This document shows positions 31,271 to 41,848 of a stretch of DNA of 64,000 nucleotides, piece by piece. The notes below the pieces were generated by a model, which saw only the letters and a program-made list of their open reading frames with translations, was not told the origin of the DNA and did no database searches. The first letter of the stretch is position 1. Every line of letters starts with the position of its first letter. Source of the DNA: a virus. A program made the translations under genes and the position numbers. The stretch lies in IMG/VR virus record IMGVR_UViG_3300043446_003110. One strand, 5' to 3'.

Positions 31271-33040
31271 TTAACCATAATTTTGTGAAAAAGATCCATA
31301 CCAATAAGAACCATCGCTAATAAAGCTCAATATATCAACTTTACTAGCTGTACTAGTTATAGTTGGAGCTGTACTATCACTCCACCTTACACCACTAAAA
31401 CTCGCAGTATAATTACCGCTACCCGTATTCAGAAACATAGTGAAGCTCTTTCCGGCGGTTGCTGTGGGCATTGTGAAGGTACAATTGCCGGTTAGTGTAC
31501 ATGTTTGAACAGTGCCACTTGTTAAACTAAGAGTTTGACTAGTGCTACTATTTCCAATTGCTACTACACTCTCAGTATAACTATCAAAAGTAAGATTGCC
31601 ATCTATATTAACATTACCATTAACATCTAGTTTTGTTGATGGAGTAGATGTTCCTACGCCCACGTTGCCAGCAAAATAACTATTGCCTGATTGATCAATA
31701 TTCCAATTTATATGACTTAATTTTGTAGCATCTCCAATTGTTAGATCACTATTAGTTGATGTGTCATAGTCGCTTAGAGTTTGTAAATAATTAGTCAATA
31801 TACGATTAGAATTTATAGTACCATTAGTACCCTGAACATCAAGTTCCACAATCGGAGAAACGGTTCCTATACCAACATTACCATCACTAGTTACGACAAA
31901 TTTAGCATCAGTTAAGGATCCTCCTACGCTAGTCATTCCAGAACCAACACCCATACTACCGTTGCTCATTATTTTCCATACAGGATTTGTGGTAATTTCT
32001 GTTCCTGCATCATCGCTAACATCAAATCTAAATTGACCCTCGGTTCCCTGAAAATAAAATAATCCAGCGGCACCGGCCTGTCTTCTTACGAAGGCAGAAC
32101 CATTCAAGTATGCATTTTCGGCTATCCATGCATTATTTAAAGCATAAGGTTGGAATTCTAAACTGCCAACTTTGAGTAAAGAATTTGATGTTGCAGTACC
32201 TTCTATATTTAATTTTGATTCTGGTGATGCGGTTCCAATTCCAATATTATTTCCACTACTATGAATATTAGTATTCGGCTCCCATAATCCTGACGATCCA
32301 TTATAATACAAAAATTGACCGTCAGATACTCCACTTACAGCAACGTTATGAAGTTCATCTAACTCAAATCCATTCTGAACTCTAACCTCAATAACTCCAG
32401 CGTTTTGATGGGTTCTGGTAATAACACCCAATGCAACGATGTGGTTAGGAGCATATGGTTTTGTTGTTGTTAATCCACCAGATACGGTTGGACTAAGATA
32501 CACAACCGTACCGTTAACATCGCCTTGAGGAGCAGAAGGATTGAACTGATCAGTATTGACGCCGCTCAATGCTCCAAAAACTATAACGCGGCCCTCTTGA
32601 TTTATTCCAATAGTTTCATAAGTTAATCCATAAGTTCCAGCACTAGTGGGATCACCGGTAGCAATAGCCTTTTGTATAGTTGGTCTATCTCCGTGACCAC
32701 CATTAATATAAACGGCTGTCATTTTAGCTATTGATGAGCCAGTTTCATTGAAAACGGTAGTAATCAAAGATTCTGACCGCGAAACACTTTCATGCGAATG
32801 ACCACTAACACTAACTGGAACACCATTAACAGCAAGATAATTAAAGAAATTACCGCTAGATGGGGTTATATATGTTCCACTTATACTAGTAACACCAAGA
32901 TTGATAACAGAGTTAACATTATTCTTAGTATATAATTTACCATCAGCAATATTTATTGCAAGTTCACCCTGTGATAAACCGCTAGCAGCGGGAGCAACAC
33001 CAGATGTGCTACTCCTTTTGTGCTGTATAGTATTAGCCAT
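31271..33040 (-). CDS. Fibre protein
   Basis: N-terminal IQHKRS...GELAIN..DGKLY; GNVGIGT repeats. Confidence 0.75.
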   Translation of the reverse strand: MANTIQHKRSSTSGVAPAASGLSQGELAINIADGKLYTKNNVNSVINLGVTSISGTYITPSSGNFFNYLAVNGVPVSVSGHSHESVSRSESLITTVFNETGSSIAKMTAVYINGGHGDRPTIQKAIATGDPTSAGTYGLTYETIGINQEGRVIVFGALSGVNTDQFNPSAPQGDVNGTVVYLSPTVSGGLTTTKPYAPNHIVALGVITRTHQNAGVIEVRVQNGFELDELHNVAVSGVSDGQFLYYNGSSGLWEPNTNIHSSGNNIGIGTASPESKLNIEGTATSNSLLKVGSLEFQPYALNNAWIAENAYLNGSAFVRRQAGAAGLFYFQGTEGQFRFDVSDDAGTEITTNPVWKIMSNGSMGVGSGMTSVGGSLTDAKFVVTSDGNVGIGTVSPIVELDVQGTNGTINSNRILTNYLQTLSDYDTSTNSDLTIGDATKLSHINWNIDQSGNSYFAGNVGVGTSTPSTKLDVNGNVNIDGNLTFDSYTESVVAIGNSSTSQTLSLTSGTVQTCTLTGNCTFTMPTATAGKSFTMFLNTGSGNYTASFSGVRWSDSTAPTITSTASKVDILSFISDGSYWYGSFSQNYG

Positions 33041-33062
33041 TTCAGTCCTTTATAACGTTAAG

Positions 33063-35165
33063 TTAAAATGATCCACCGTCTAATGCGCAATCAACAATTG
33101 CAGCACAAACAGTTCCTGCTGTTAAGTATGTTGCTGTAGTAACAGCTGTAACGTGTCCTAACCCATCTACAGTGATACTGGCGATGCCATTACTACCCTG
33201 CGCTCCAGTTAGTGTAGATGTATCTTCGTGAGCAATTGTTATGCTACCAGCGCCATTTGTAATGTCGATACCAGTGCCTTCGGTGAGTGTAGCCTTAGTT
33301 AAAGTGTTACCAGTAGTATTGCCAATTAATAGTTGACCATCAGTGTAACTAGTTTGACCAGTGCCTCCCTTATTTACAGCTATGGTTGTAGCATTCCAAA
33401 TACCAGTACCTACATATGCTCCACTGATTGCAAATAATACAGTTCCATTATTTTGTGCTACATTAAATGATGGTCCATTAATATTTTCATTGCGAACCGT
33501 AATACCATTATTAGGTTCAATACCAACAACCTCATAACCCGTGACAGTTCGACAAAATATACCTCCATTGCTTATTCCACTACCACCAAAATATGCAACA
33601 GAACCAAAAGTTTTTTCTCCAGTAAATGTTTGAGTTGTACTTAGTCTAGCAATATCTGTAGCTGCAATAAAACCATCTTTAATTATTTTACCAGTAGATC
33701 CATCAAATATAGCAATATTATCACTATTAACAGATGTTGGGCCTGTAACAAGTATACTAGCATCAGCTATATTAGTTTGTAAGATTATCCAATTGCTACC
33801 AACTGCGGCATAAGTTCCAGTAGATGTGCCATCGGTTGTACAAATAACGGTATCATTAACTTCTACTGCTACTCCAGACACTCCACCAATTTTGCCAGCA
33901 ACGCTAATCTTGTATGTCCACCCACGATCAGCGGCTGGATAGTTTGGATTTGTTGAACAATCAATAGCACCTTTGAATATCATTGCATCATTAGTAGCAA
34001 TACCACTGACTATCATATTATCTACATATGTCTTTACAGCATCTGCTCTTGGTAGGTTGGAAGAATTACCAGTTAATACTGTTTCTACGCCATAACCATT
34101 AGCTAAAAGATCGCCAGTTGTGCCATTCCAGAATGGGATATTTCCACTGGTAGAAGATGCTATCTTTTTAATTTGAGCATCGTTGGTAACATTATTTAGT
34201 CCAAGATCTATTTTAAAATCACTATTTGATATAAATACAAGAGGAGATTGTTCTGTGTCTGGACTTTGGACTTCTTTAAATACAGGAATAAAATTAGCAT
34301 TACCTGTTATTCCAGATAGATTGACAAATTGTATAGATCCGTTGAATATGACATCAGACATTGTTTTTTGTCCATCTATACTTTGAGCACCAGTAGTTCT
34401 AACTACCGTACTATTAACAGCAATGCTGTCAGCATTTACCGTGATTCCATCACCTTGACCAATATCAAAACGTCTATTCTGTGACAATGTGCCACCGCCA
34501 ACAAGGCCGCTTCCAGCAGTAATATCTAATCCGCTAGTTGCGGCACCAATGTCATCAAGTATTTGACTTTTACTTACGGATTTTAAAGTTGTCAAAGAGC
34601 TATTTGGGTTACTTTCAAAAACAGCAAAATATTCTACACCACTGTTAGATGTGTTAGGGGCTTTAACTTCAAGTTCAGAATTTAATTGTATTTTTGTACC
34701 ATGAGCAATTTCCATGTTTCCTGTACTAGATGATATATAAGATGATTGTGTGGTATTTTCATAATTTATTCCATCAAATACAATATTGCCATTGTTGGCA
34801 GCACTTGCGCTTTTAAATAACAAAAATGGAGATAAGCTTCCACTTATTTCAACCTGTGAAGTAAATCTTTTTATCCCACCAATGTTTTGATTGCCAGTTG
34901 TATAAACACCATTTGTAACAGTCGCAGCATTACCAGTTACGCTAATCGGCCATAATCCACTCGCATTGATACCGCCACGATGGGCAAAATATCCACTACC
35001 ACCAATCTGCTCAATGCTAGATGCTACGCCACCAACTCCACTACCATAGCCATAATAAAGAATATTATCATTTTCATTGAAGGCTAATTCGCCATTGTAT
35101 AAAGATGATGGTTTTCCGGCAGAGCCGCTAGCTGGTCTTCTCTTAATTTTGATTGTATTAGCCAT
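33063..35165 (-). CDS. Fibre protein
   Basis: N-terminal IKIKR...GELAFNE; KGGTGQT..GQLLIG repeat; C-terminal LDGGSF. Confidence 0.75.
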   Translation of the reverse strand: MANTIKIKRRPASGSAGKPSSLYNGELAFNENDNILYYGYGSGVGGVASSIEQIGGSGYFAHRGGINASGLWPISVTGNAATVTNGVYTTGNQNIGGIKRFTSQVEISGSLSPFLLFKSASAANNGNIVFDGINYENTTQSSYISSSTGNMEIAHGTKIQLNSELEVKAPNTSNSGVEYFAVFESNPNSSLTTLKSVSKSQILDDIGAATSGLDITAGSGLVGGGTLSQNRRFDIGQGDGITVNADSIAVNSTVVRTTGAQSIDGQKTMSDVIFNGSIQFVNLSGITGNANFIPVFKEVQSPDTEQSPLVFISNSDFKIDLGLNNVTNDAQIKKIASSTSGNIPFWNGTTGDLLANGYGVETVLTGNSSNLPRADAVKTYVDNMIVSGIATNDAMIFKGAIDCSTNPNYPAADRGWTYKISVAGKIGGVSGVAVEVNDTVICTTDGTSTGTYAAVGSNWIILQTNIADASILVTGPTSVNSDNIAIFDGSTGKIIKDGFIAATDIARLSTTQTFTGEKTFGSVAYFGGSGISNGGIFCRTVTGYEVVGIEPNNGITVRNENINGPSFNVAQNNGTVLFAISGAYVGTGIWNATTIAVNKGGTGQTSYTDGQLLIGNTTGNTLTKATLTEGTGIDITNGAGSITIAHEDTSTLTGAQGSNGIASITVDGLGHVTAVTTATYLTAGTVCAAIVDCALDGGSF

Positions 35166-35208
35166 GGTGTCCCCTTTGTGGTGTGTGAATATTCAGTATT
35201 TTATACAC

Positions 35209-35910
35209 TTATACAATTCCACCGTCTAATTCATTTTGATTGATCCAACGGGAATTGTTAGAGTCATATTTTATTAGGTCAGAATTAGAAATACCATTAA
35301 AGTATATTTCATTCAACTGACTGAGTTTTGGATTAATAAAGGATCTTACTAAAATTGTGCCATCTGTTGCGTCGGAGTATGTTATTATACCCACTAGAAT
35401 TATATTTTTAGGTGGTTTAACTTTAGTCAATTTTCCATAATCTGTAGGATTTACATATAAAATGTCACCAGTAGACCAAGATTCACTACCATCAGATATA
35501 TTAGAAATTGTACCAGTTGTATTTAGGTTAGAAATAGATCCAAAATTTAAAATAAATCCAGAGTCTCCATTAGACACATAATCAGATATCAACCCTGCGA
35601 ATAGTTGTTCTGATATAGTTCCATTGGCGATATATGGGCTAACAGTAGGAACGTTGAAAGATGAATTGAATCCATTAATATAAACAGCTTGACCCTTTTG
35701 TATAGCAGATCCACTATTATTTTGCACTCTAATTAGATTTTCTTTAGTTCCAACATAGTCTAGTTCATCCCAAGAGCTTGATCCATCTCCAAATTTTAAT
35801 CTACCAGTATCAGTTTCAAGTCCAAGTTCGCCACTTTCTAAAACTGGATTGGTAGATATCCACTGAGATTTAGTCCCTCGTCTGATTTGTATTAGATTTT
35901 GGCGAGGCAT
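35209..35910 (-). CDS. Fibre protein with Mtd-N/hyaluronidase-like N-terminal domain
   Basis: IQIRRGT..W...NPVL..GELGLETDTGRLKFGDG; C-terminal LDGGIV. Confidence 0.75.
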   Translation of the reverse strand: MPRQNLIQIRRGTKSQWISTNPVLESGELGLETDTGRLKFGDGSSSWDELDYVGTKENLIRVQNNSGSAIQKGQAVYINGFNSSFNVPTVSPYIANGTISEQLFAGLISDYVSNGDSGFILNFGSISNLNTTGTISNISDGSESWSTGDILYVNPTDYGKLTKVKPPKNIILVGIITYSDATDGTILVRSFINPKLSQLNEIYFNGISNSDLIKYDSNNSRWINQNELDGGIV

Positions 35911-36194
35911 TATGGAGAACCTCCATCTATTGCTATTGCAGATTGCTGTGGAATAAATGATTGTATATATGTAGCTAGGTCACTAACCCTAGTGTATGGA
36001 AGATCTCCAGATGTAGCTTCTATGGGGTATCCACTTGGAAGCTCAAGACTAATAAAAGTATTCGACGTAGATACTTCGACACTAACATCATTATCTCTGG
36101 TTACGGTAAGGTTAACGGGGCTTTGAACATCTCCATTGTCAACCTCAACATAATATGGTTGGTTGCCACTTATCTCTATGATGTAGTCGCTCAT
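35910..36194 (-). CDS. Small structural protein
   Basis: 94 aa, ends IDGGSP. Confidence 0.6.
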   Translation of the reverse strand: MSDYIIEISGNQPYYVEVDNGDVQSPVNLTVTRDNDVSVEVSTSNTFISLELPSGYPIEATSGDLPYTRVSDLATYIQSFIPQQSAIAIDGGSP

Positions 36195-36590
36195 TTAGCA
36201 CTCCAAAATAGTAGAACTATGACTGCTGCGCTTAACTATTGTTATTACGCCATACAGAATTCTATTAGTATAATTTCCACCACCAGAATAAAGTATATCG
36301 TCTGACTCAAGCTCAAGATCATACTTGGCTGTTTTAAATGTGAAATTGTTTGTAGTAATTGCTGGAAGGAGCAAGGTAATTTTACCATTTGGTCCATCTA
36401 TAGTCATTTTATAATCAGAATTTGTAGTACCAGAGCTATATGTTATTGTTTGGTTGTCACTGGTTGTCATTATAATTCTAGCACACCAATTAGAAATATC
36501 TACTACAGTATTTGTACTATCTTTATATGTGAAAGATATAGCAAAAGAAGAGCCTTGCTGTATAGAAAAATTGTATTCTGCTGCGCCCAT
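36195..36590 (-). CDS. BppU-like Ig-fold adaptor protein
   Basis: YNFSIQQGSSF...GKITLLL...AKYDLEL...RILYG pattern. Confidence 0.55.
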   Translation of the reverse strand: MGAAEYNFSIQQGSSFAISFTYKDSTNTVVDISNWCARIIMTTSDNQTITYSSGTTNSDYKMTIDGPNGKITLLLPAITTNNFTFKTAKYDLELESDDILYSGGGNYTNRILYGVITIVKRSSHSSTILEC

Positions 36591-36591
36591 G

Positions 36592-38682
36592 TTATTCTAT
36601 TTCCTCTAGTGTGGTTTGTATGTATAGGCTGATTACTTTCATGCGATACTTGTCTATGTTCATTGACTCTAGATTAACATCATTAGATTCTAACACTGAA
36701 GAAAATGCCTTTGGAGTTGTCTTTTTAGAAATCAGTATATCTCTTACACTATTAGCATTTACATCTGACATCAATTCTACATTAGTAAGAACGTCTATCT
36801 TCAACTTTTCTAGCTCTAGCACTTCCGATTTAGTTAGCTGACGTAAGTTCTTTTTGGATTTTGAGTTTAAGTATGCGTCAGTCAAGACATCTGATATTTC
36901 TTTCCAAGTAGATTCTGCCCAGTAAACAAATTCAGCAACTCCGGGTTTAGTTCTAGGTTGTTCTGTTCTTTGCTTTCTTGGTCCGGTATCTTTTGTTGCT
37001 GGCGGTCTACCATTAGGATTGCTGGGCTTGGGAGCGTTTGGTAACCCCGTTCCAGTGGGAGCCTTTGGTTGTGGTAATAGCATATCTTTAGGAACGCTAG
37101 TCTTTAAACCAACATCTTGTGGAATAACCTTACCGCTCTGAAGAGCAATTTTCTCAAGATCCATTTTATGATTTGCATTATGGAATGGACCGGCTTTATC
37201 TGGAGTATCATTAGCTTGCCTATCCTCAAACTCTCTTTGAAGCCTAATCTTTTCAATCTGTGGGATTTCTTTGAATCTTTCAAGTATAGTTTCTTGACTT
37301 ATGATATCTCTATCTGCAAGTTGAATTAGAAGAGCTTTTTCTGCTGCTTCATCGGATAGTGTCATCTGATCAAACTGAATATATGCTTTGTATCTAAATC
37401 CCATAGCCTGTCTGACTAACTCTATTTCTTTTTCCCAAAACTTAATTAGTTGATCTCTACCATACTGTAATCTTTCTAGTAGAGTCTTCAGAGAAATAAA
37501 GTTGTTAGTAAAGCCACCGCCATTTGTAGCCATACCAGTTAATGTTGGCGGAACACCTAATCCAGCATAAATACTGTTAAGTACAGAAGTATATTTTTCA
37601 GAACCAAGGAATTTGTATACTTCGCTACTAGATTCTTTAAAGGATAGTTCTGGCCCCCAAACTAATTCCATCGTGCCGCCGCCAACATTACTGGCAAGTA
37701 TATCTCGTAATTTATTGATTGCTGTTTTGTTTGGTAAAATCTTGTGTTCAAGGTTGCCTAAAGTCCAAAGTCTAATATTAGAAATGGCACCGTCTAAAGC
37801 AGACATATCTGCTAGTCTCATTTTTTCTAGCATGATTATGTCATCAAGAATAGCATATATCATGGGATTAGCCCAGACTTGCCAATCATCTTTTTTATAG
37901 TGAAATACGCATAGTCTTTCAGAGTCTAGTGGAATTCTTTTTTCCTTATTAATTAGTGCTTTTTTTACATCGACGGGTAAACTGTCTAAAACATCATTTG
38001 GTATTGTACCACCGGCAAATGAATCAAGGAACGTTCCAGCACTTAATGTATAATTTGATATGCCCATGAATAATGCTAACTTGCCCTCTTTCATCTCTAC
38101 TGTAAGTGGGCTAAAAAAGTTGTATCTCCAAGGAATCATTTTTTGTTTTACGTTTGGTATCTCAACTTTAATATCTTTAGCAAGAGACTTCATGTATTTT
38201 TCTAAGTCTGGAGTAACATTAGCATAACTGCGATACATAATTACATTGCCGGTTTTATATAGATTATTTAGAAAACGTTCTGATCTTTCCTTGCCATTGA
38301 CGCTCTTAAACCATTGCTGATAAAACTTTTCAACACTTTTATTTGGGTGAACAATGTTAATGCCTTGGCTTCCAAAGTCGCCCATCAAATCAATAATATT
38401 ACGAATTATACCAACTTTGTCATATGCATCCATGCACATTTTGATTATGCGACGTTGCTGATTAGGTACAGATTCTGTTTGTCTAAATGCGTAATAATCT
38501 ATTTTATTAAAACCGGGCCTAACAGACCTATTTGGCTCAATATCAATAAATGTTCTATACGCACTAGAAGCTGTAGATTTATTCAATCCAGAATAAGCAT
38601 CAATATTGTCAGATAATTTTTCCATAGCATTAGATTTGCTAGAAAAATCGTCATCCGACCAAGTTATCATTTCGTCGCTCAT
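36592..38682 (-). CDS. Portal protein
   Basis: 696 aa directly after terminase; IIRNIIDLMGDF, IYAGLGVPPTL motifs; Pro-rich C-terminus. Confidence 0.85.
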   Translation of the reverse strand: MSDEMITWSDDDFSSKSNAMEKLSDNIDAYSGLNKSTASSAYRTFIDIEPNRSVRPGFNKIDYYAFRQTESVPNQQRRIIKMCMDAYDKVGIIRNIIDLMGDFGSQGINIVHPNKSVEKFYQQWFKSVNGKERSERFLNNLYKTGNVIMYRSYANVTPDLEKYMKSLAKDIKVEIPNVKQKMIPWRYNFFSPLTVEMKEGKLALFMGISNYTLSAGTFLDSFAGGTIPNDVLDSLPVDVKKALINKEKRIPLDSERLCVFHYKKDDWQVWANPMIYAILDDIIMLEKMRLADMSALDGAISNIRLWTLGNLEHKILPNKTAINKLRDILASNVGGGTMELVWGPELSFKESSSEVYKFLGSEKYTSVLNSIYAGLGVPPTLTGMATNGGGFTNNFISLKTLLERLQYGRDQLIKFWEKEIELVRQAMGFRYKAYIQFDQMTLSDEAAEKALLIQLADRDIISQETILERFKEIPQIEKIRLQREFEDRQANDTPDKAGPFHNANHKMDLEKIALQSGKVIPQDVGLKTSVPKDMLLPQPKAPTGTGLPNAPKPSNPNGRPPATKDTGPRKQRTEQPRTKPGVAEFVYWAESTWKEISDVLTDAYLNSKSKKNLRQLTKSEVLELEKLKIDVLTNVELMSDVNANSVRDILISKKTTPKAFSSVLESNDVNLESMNIDKYRMKVISLYIQTTLEEIE

Positions 38683-38721
38683 GTTTTTCCTTTAATTGGA
38701 ATGTAATCGGATTGCTATTAT

Positions 38722-40710
38722 TTAATACACATCTTTCATATAATCAGAGAACCAACTTGGACCAGTATAAAGCTTGTCATCCAATTTTTCTGGAGTGTGA
38801 CCACCTGTTGCAAAACCACCATAAAATTGATATTCTTCTGGAGTTGGTGTGCGTTGCATTATTCTTCCGGCCATATTAGCCATTAATAAAGCAGAGTATC
38901 GGTCTTTTCTCATCTTGCTTTTTTTACCAGTTCCAACTATAACTTCTGGAGTATCCCACCTATCTCTACCATTAGTAGTTTGTGTCATTTGTATCATAGA
39001 TAGCTCATCTTTTAGCTCTTCTATATCCATTACGCACTCTTCAAGAGTATCATACATTCTATTTTTAAGACCATCTTCTGAATTAGATAATCCAAGTGTT
39101 ATAGAATCAAAAAATGGAAATAACAAAACTTTATCTTCGAAATCTTTTCTCATGCCATGGTTAGCTTCAGAAAGCCATTCATATTTTGCAAATTGACACA
39201 TTTCTAGTATGTGTAGTCCTCTTTCTCCGTCAGTATCTTTTGGCTTGTCATCATCTATAGTCGGCCATATGGGTAATTCACCATCCTTTATTTTATCTTG
39301 ATCGTGGAGAGATTCCATAATTGCAATACCGCCACCTTGAGCATCAAGTGCTATATGATAGCATGGAAATAGTTTCATCAAATCTCTAATTTTTCTAGCA
39401 CAGTATGCATAAAAGTCACTTTCATTTGCATAGCCCTTTTTGACTTTTTCTTTATGTTCTTGTCTAGTTGTTGTCCAACAATGAACTATTCTTCTATGGT
39501 CTGGATTAATTTCTAATACCACTATGCTAAAATTGTCTACTTCGGATGCGGGGTCAACACCAAAAACATATTTTTTATTTTTATCGCCAATTAGTGTTGC
39601 CTCAAATTTGATAATATTTCCATGTAAGTCTTTTACTGGATTATCATTATTGCCAACTACACAAGATTCTATCAAAGATCTTTTAAAGAACCCCTGACTA
39701 TCTCTAGTAAAACAAGCTCCGTATTCCATTTGATAAATACCAGCATGTACAGTGGCCTTTGATCTTGCTACTTGATCAGCATCCATAAAACCCTGCGGTA
39801 GCAATTCATATGGCATACGAATGATAGAATATTGACGCCAATCGAATGTTTCTGGTGGTTTTTCTCCACCAAATACGTCTGTTAATTTAGCAATATTACC
39901 ACGACTTTTGATAATTGCTTTCCATTTTTTCCAATATGTTGCAAAGTGATTAAAATCATAATATGCTGTACCAGATAGAATAATTTGATTGTCTTTTACT
40001 TCGGAATTGTCTTCTTCTGTTTCTAATTCAATACCAAGTTCTGCTGCTTTTTTCTTAGCAGACATTCTTTTTACATTTTGAACTGGATCAGCACTTACGG
40101 CGGCAAAGCCCGCTACTACGTTTTCAAAAATATCTCTTGGTATGGATGCAAATTCGTCAGCAATGATATCATTTGCGCGTTGGCCTCTAATCTTTTGGCC
40201 GTCACCCAGTGGTAAGCAAGTTATAACGCTCTCGTTAATTCTCATGGTACAGCGATCAACATCTCTGGTTGGACCGCTATTGCTATCACACATATCTCTA
40301 AGCATTGGGGCATTGCGCCAAATAGTTTCCATGTATTCAAACAAGACTTTTGATTGTCTAAATGCTGCACCAACTATAACAATTTTGCGCTTGGGCAAAA
40401 GCATTCCACGTATGATAGAATATAGTGCTAATTGAAAAGATTTGCCCAAACCTCGACTGCCAACAAGCATTGGAAATTTTCTAACCCACAATTCATTTAT
40501 AATAAGTGATTGTGATGGTAAAAGTTGTATATTAAGAATTTGATGGCACAAAAATGATAAGTATTCTGGTCTACTCATAAGCCAAGACAACTTTAGATGA
40601 AAGTCATCTTCAGAAGGATTAAGTATAGACATTGGATTGAAGATGTCAGTTTCAATAACATCTAATCCAAGCCAAGCCTCATCAATGATTTTTAATTTAT
40701 CTTTACTCAT
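38722..40710 (-). CDS. terL: Terminase large subunit
   Basis: Walker A GSRGLGKS, RGQRANDIIADE Walker B, nuclease FGVDPA...KDRYSA. Confidence 0.92.
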   Translation of the reverse strand: MSKDKLKIIDEAWLGLDVIETDIFNPMSILNPSEDDFHLKLSWLMSRPEYLSFLCHQILNIQLLPSQSLIINELWVRKFPMLVGSRGLGKSFQLALYSIIRGMLLPKRKIVIVGAAFRQSKVLFEYMETIWRNAPMLRDMCDSNSGPTRDVDRCTMRINESVITCLPLGDGQKIRGQRANDIIADEFASIPRDIFENVVAGFAAVSADPVQNVKRMSAKKKAAELGIELETEEDNSEVKDNQIILSGTAYYDFNHFATYWKKWKAIIKSRGNIAKLTDVFGGEKPPETFDWRQYSIIRMPYELLPQGFMDADQVARSKATVHAGIYQMEYGACFTRDSQGFFKRSLIESCVVGNNDNPVKDLHGNIIKFEATLIGDKNKKYVFGVDPASEVDNFSIVVLEINPDHRRIVHCWTTTRQEHKEKVKKGYANESDFYAYCARKIRDLMKLFPCYHIALDAQGGGIAIMESLHDQDKIKDGELPIWPTIDDDKPKDTDGERGLHILEMCQFAKYEWLSEANHGMRKDFEDKVLLFPFFDSITLGLSNSEDGLKNRMYDTLEECVMDIEELKDELSMIQMTQTTNGRDRWDTPEVIVGTGKKSKMRKDRYSALLMANMAGRIMQRTPTPEEYQFYGGFATGGHTPEKLDDKLYTGPSWFSDYMKDVY

Positions 40711-41351
40711 TCAGTGAAATGCCAATTGCGAAGTATGGAGTCTGCAAAACCGTAATATACAGCTTCTTCAGCATTAAGATACCAATCGCCAGATTTTAAT
40801 TTGCGAATTAAATATTGACGAACTTGTTTAACACTTGGTTTTTTTCCAAATTTTTCATAGAAGAATTTTCCTTCTACACATCTATTAGCATATATGTTAA
40901 ACATGGCATCAGCAGTTTTGCGCTCGTAATCGGCTTGATTCATGGCACTGAGATAATCAGTATTTATATCTGAAGACCCATAGTGACTCATAAAATGCGC
41001 ATTTGGAGTCATATAACGATAATCTGCGGCTTGCATAAAAATACTGCTCATAGATTCAGCTTGGCCGTATATAATGATAGTGACATATGATCTACACATT
41101 TGGATAGCATCGTAAATTGCCATACCGTCAGACCACTCACCGCCAATGCTGTGGCAATGAATAGTTATATTTGCATTGCTGCGCATATCCAAAGCTCTTA
41201 AATTTTTGATAAAGGTATTAGACATACGATATTCTACGCCGGGATTTTGATTATCTTCTGCGTGATAGTGATTGTGTAAGAATATTTCTCTTGTGGCTAT
41301 ATTAGCCCCATAATCATGAAAATCTTTCAGTAACTCTGGTTCAGCCATCAT
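40707..41351 (-). CDS. ClpP-family serine protease
   Basis: HSIGG..DGMAIYD, GQAESMSS (Ser), FMSH (His), DWYLNAEEAVYYGFAD. Confidence 0.85.
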   Translation of the reverse strand: MMAEPELLKDFHDYGANIATREIFLHNHYHAEDNQNPGVEYRMSNTFIKNLRALDMRSNANITIHCHSIGGEWSDGMAIYDAIQMCRSYVTIIIYGQAESMSSIFMQAADYRYMTPNAHFMSHYGSSDINTDYLSAMNQADYERKTADAMFNIYANRCVEGKFFYEKFGKKPSVKQVRQYLIRKLKSGDWYLNAEEAVYYGFADSILRNWHFTE

Positions 41352-41848
41352 TTTTTCCTCCCTATAGTGTACATTTCGTTCACTCGTTTTAGGATGCTAC
41401 TAACAGCTAAAAATGCATTATATTTATTGCCACAGAAGAGAATTTGAATATTATTATACAATTGAAATTCAAATAAACATTTAAGCATGTATTTTCCAGT
41501 TATTTTTAGAGCAGATTTGTTTTTTACTGGTATACGAGTTTCATCTGGAAATTTAATCAAATCTTCTAAAGAAAATTCTAGTACTATAAACTTATGCGGA
41601 AACGATTCCATTCGTTCTATTTCTGCAAGAAAAGCATGTTTTTTTTGACCAAGATTAACTGCTAATTCTTCTACGCATCCTTTACGTTCTATACATATTT
41701 TATCTTCCATACCTTGTATAGAATAATCCCCGGTGTCTAATTTTTCTTCTATCATTCCAGCGCAAGTATTAAATGCGCTAAAAAAATAGCCATCTTGTTC
41801 TCTTGTGTCTTTTATGACAGTAAATGGCGGGGCAACTTTATAGCTCAT
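41348..41848 (-). CDS. ERCC4 (XPF/Mus81-type) domain nuclease
   Basis: DTREQ, LDTGDYS, IERKG motifs. Confidence 0.85.
   Translation of the reverse strand: MSYKVAPPFTVIKDTREQDGYFFSAFNTCAGMIEEKLDTGDYSIQGMEDKICIERKGCVEELAVNLGQKKHAFLAEIERMESFPHKFIVLEFSLEDLIKFPDETRIPVKNKSALKITGKYMLKCLFEFQLYNNIQILFCGNKYNAFLAVSSILKRVNEMYTIGRKK

Noticed and set aside
35209-35910. Diversity-generating retroelement suggested by the Mtd-N-like domain
   Set aside because: No reverse transcriptase or TR/VR pair seen in the window
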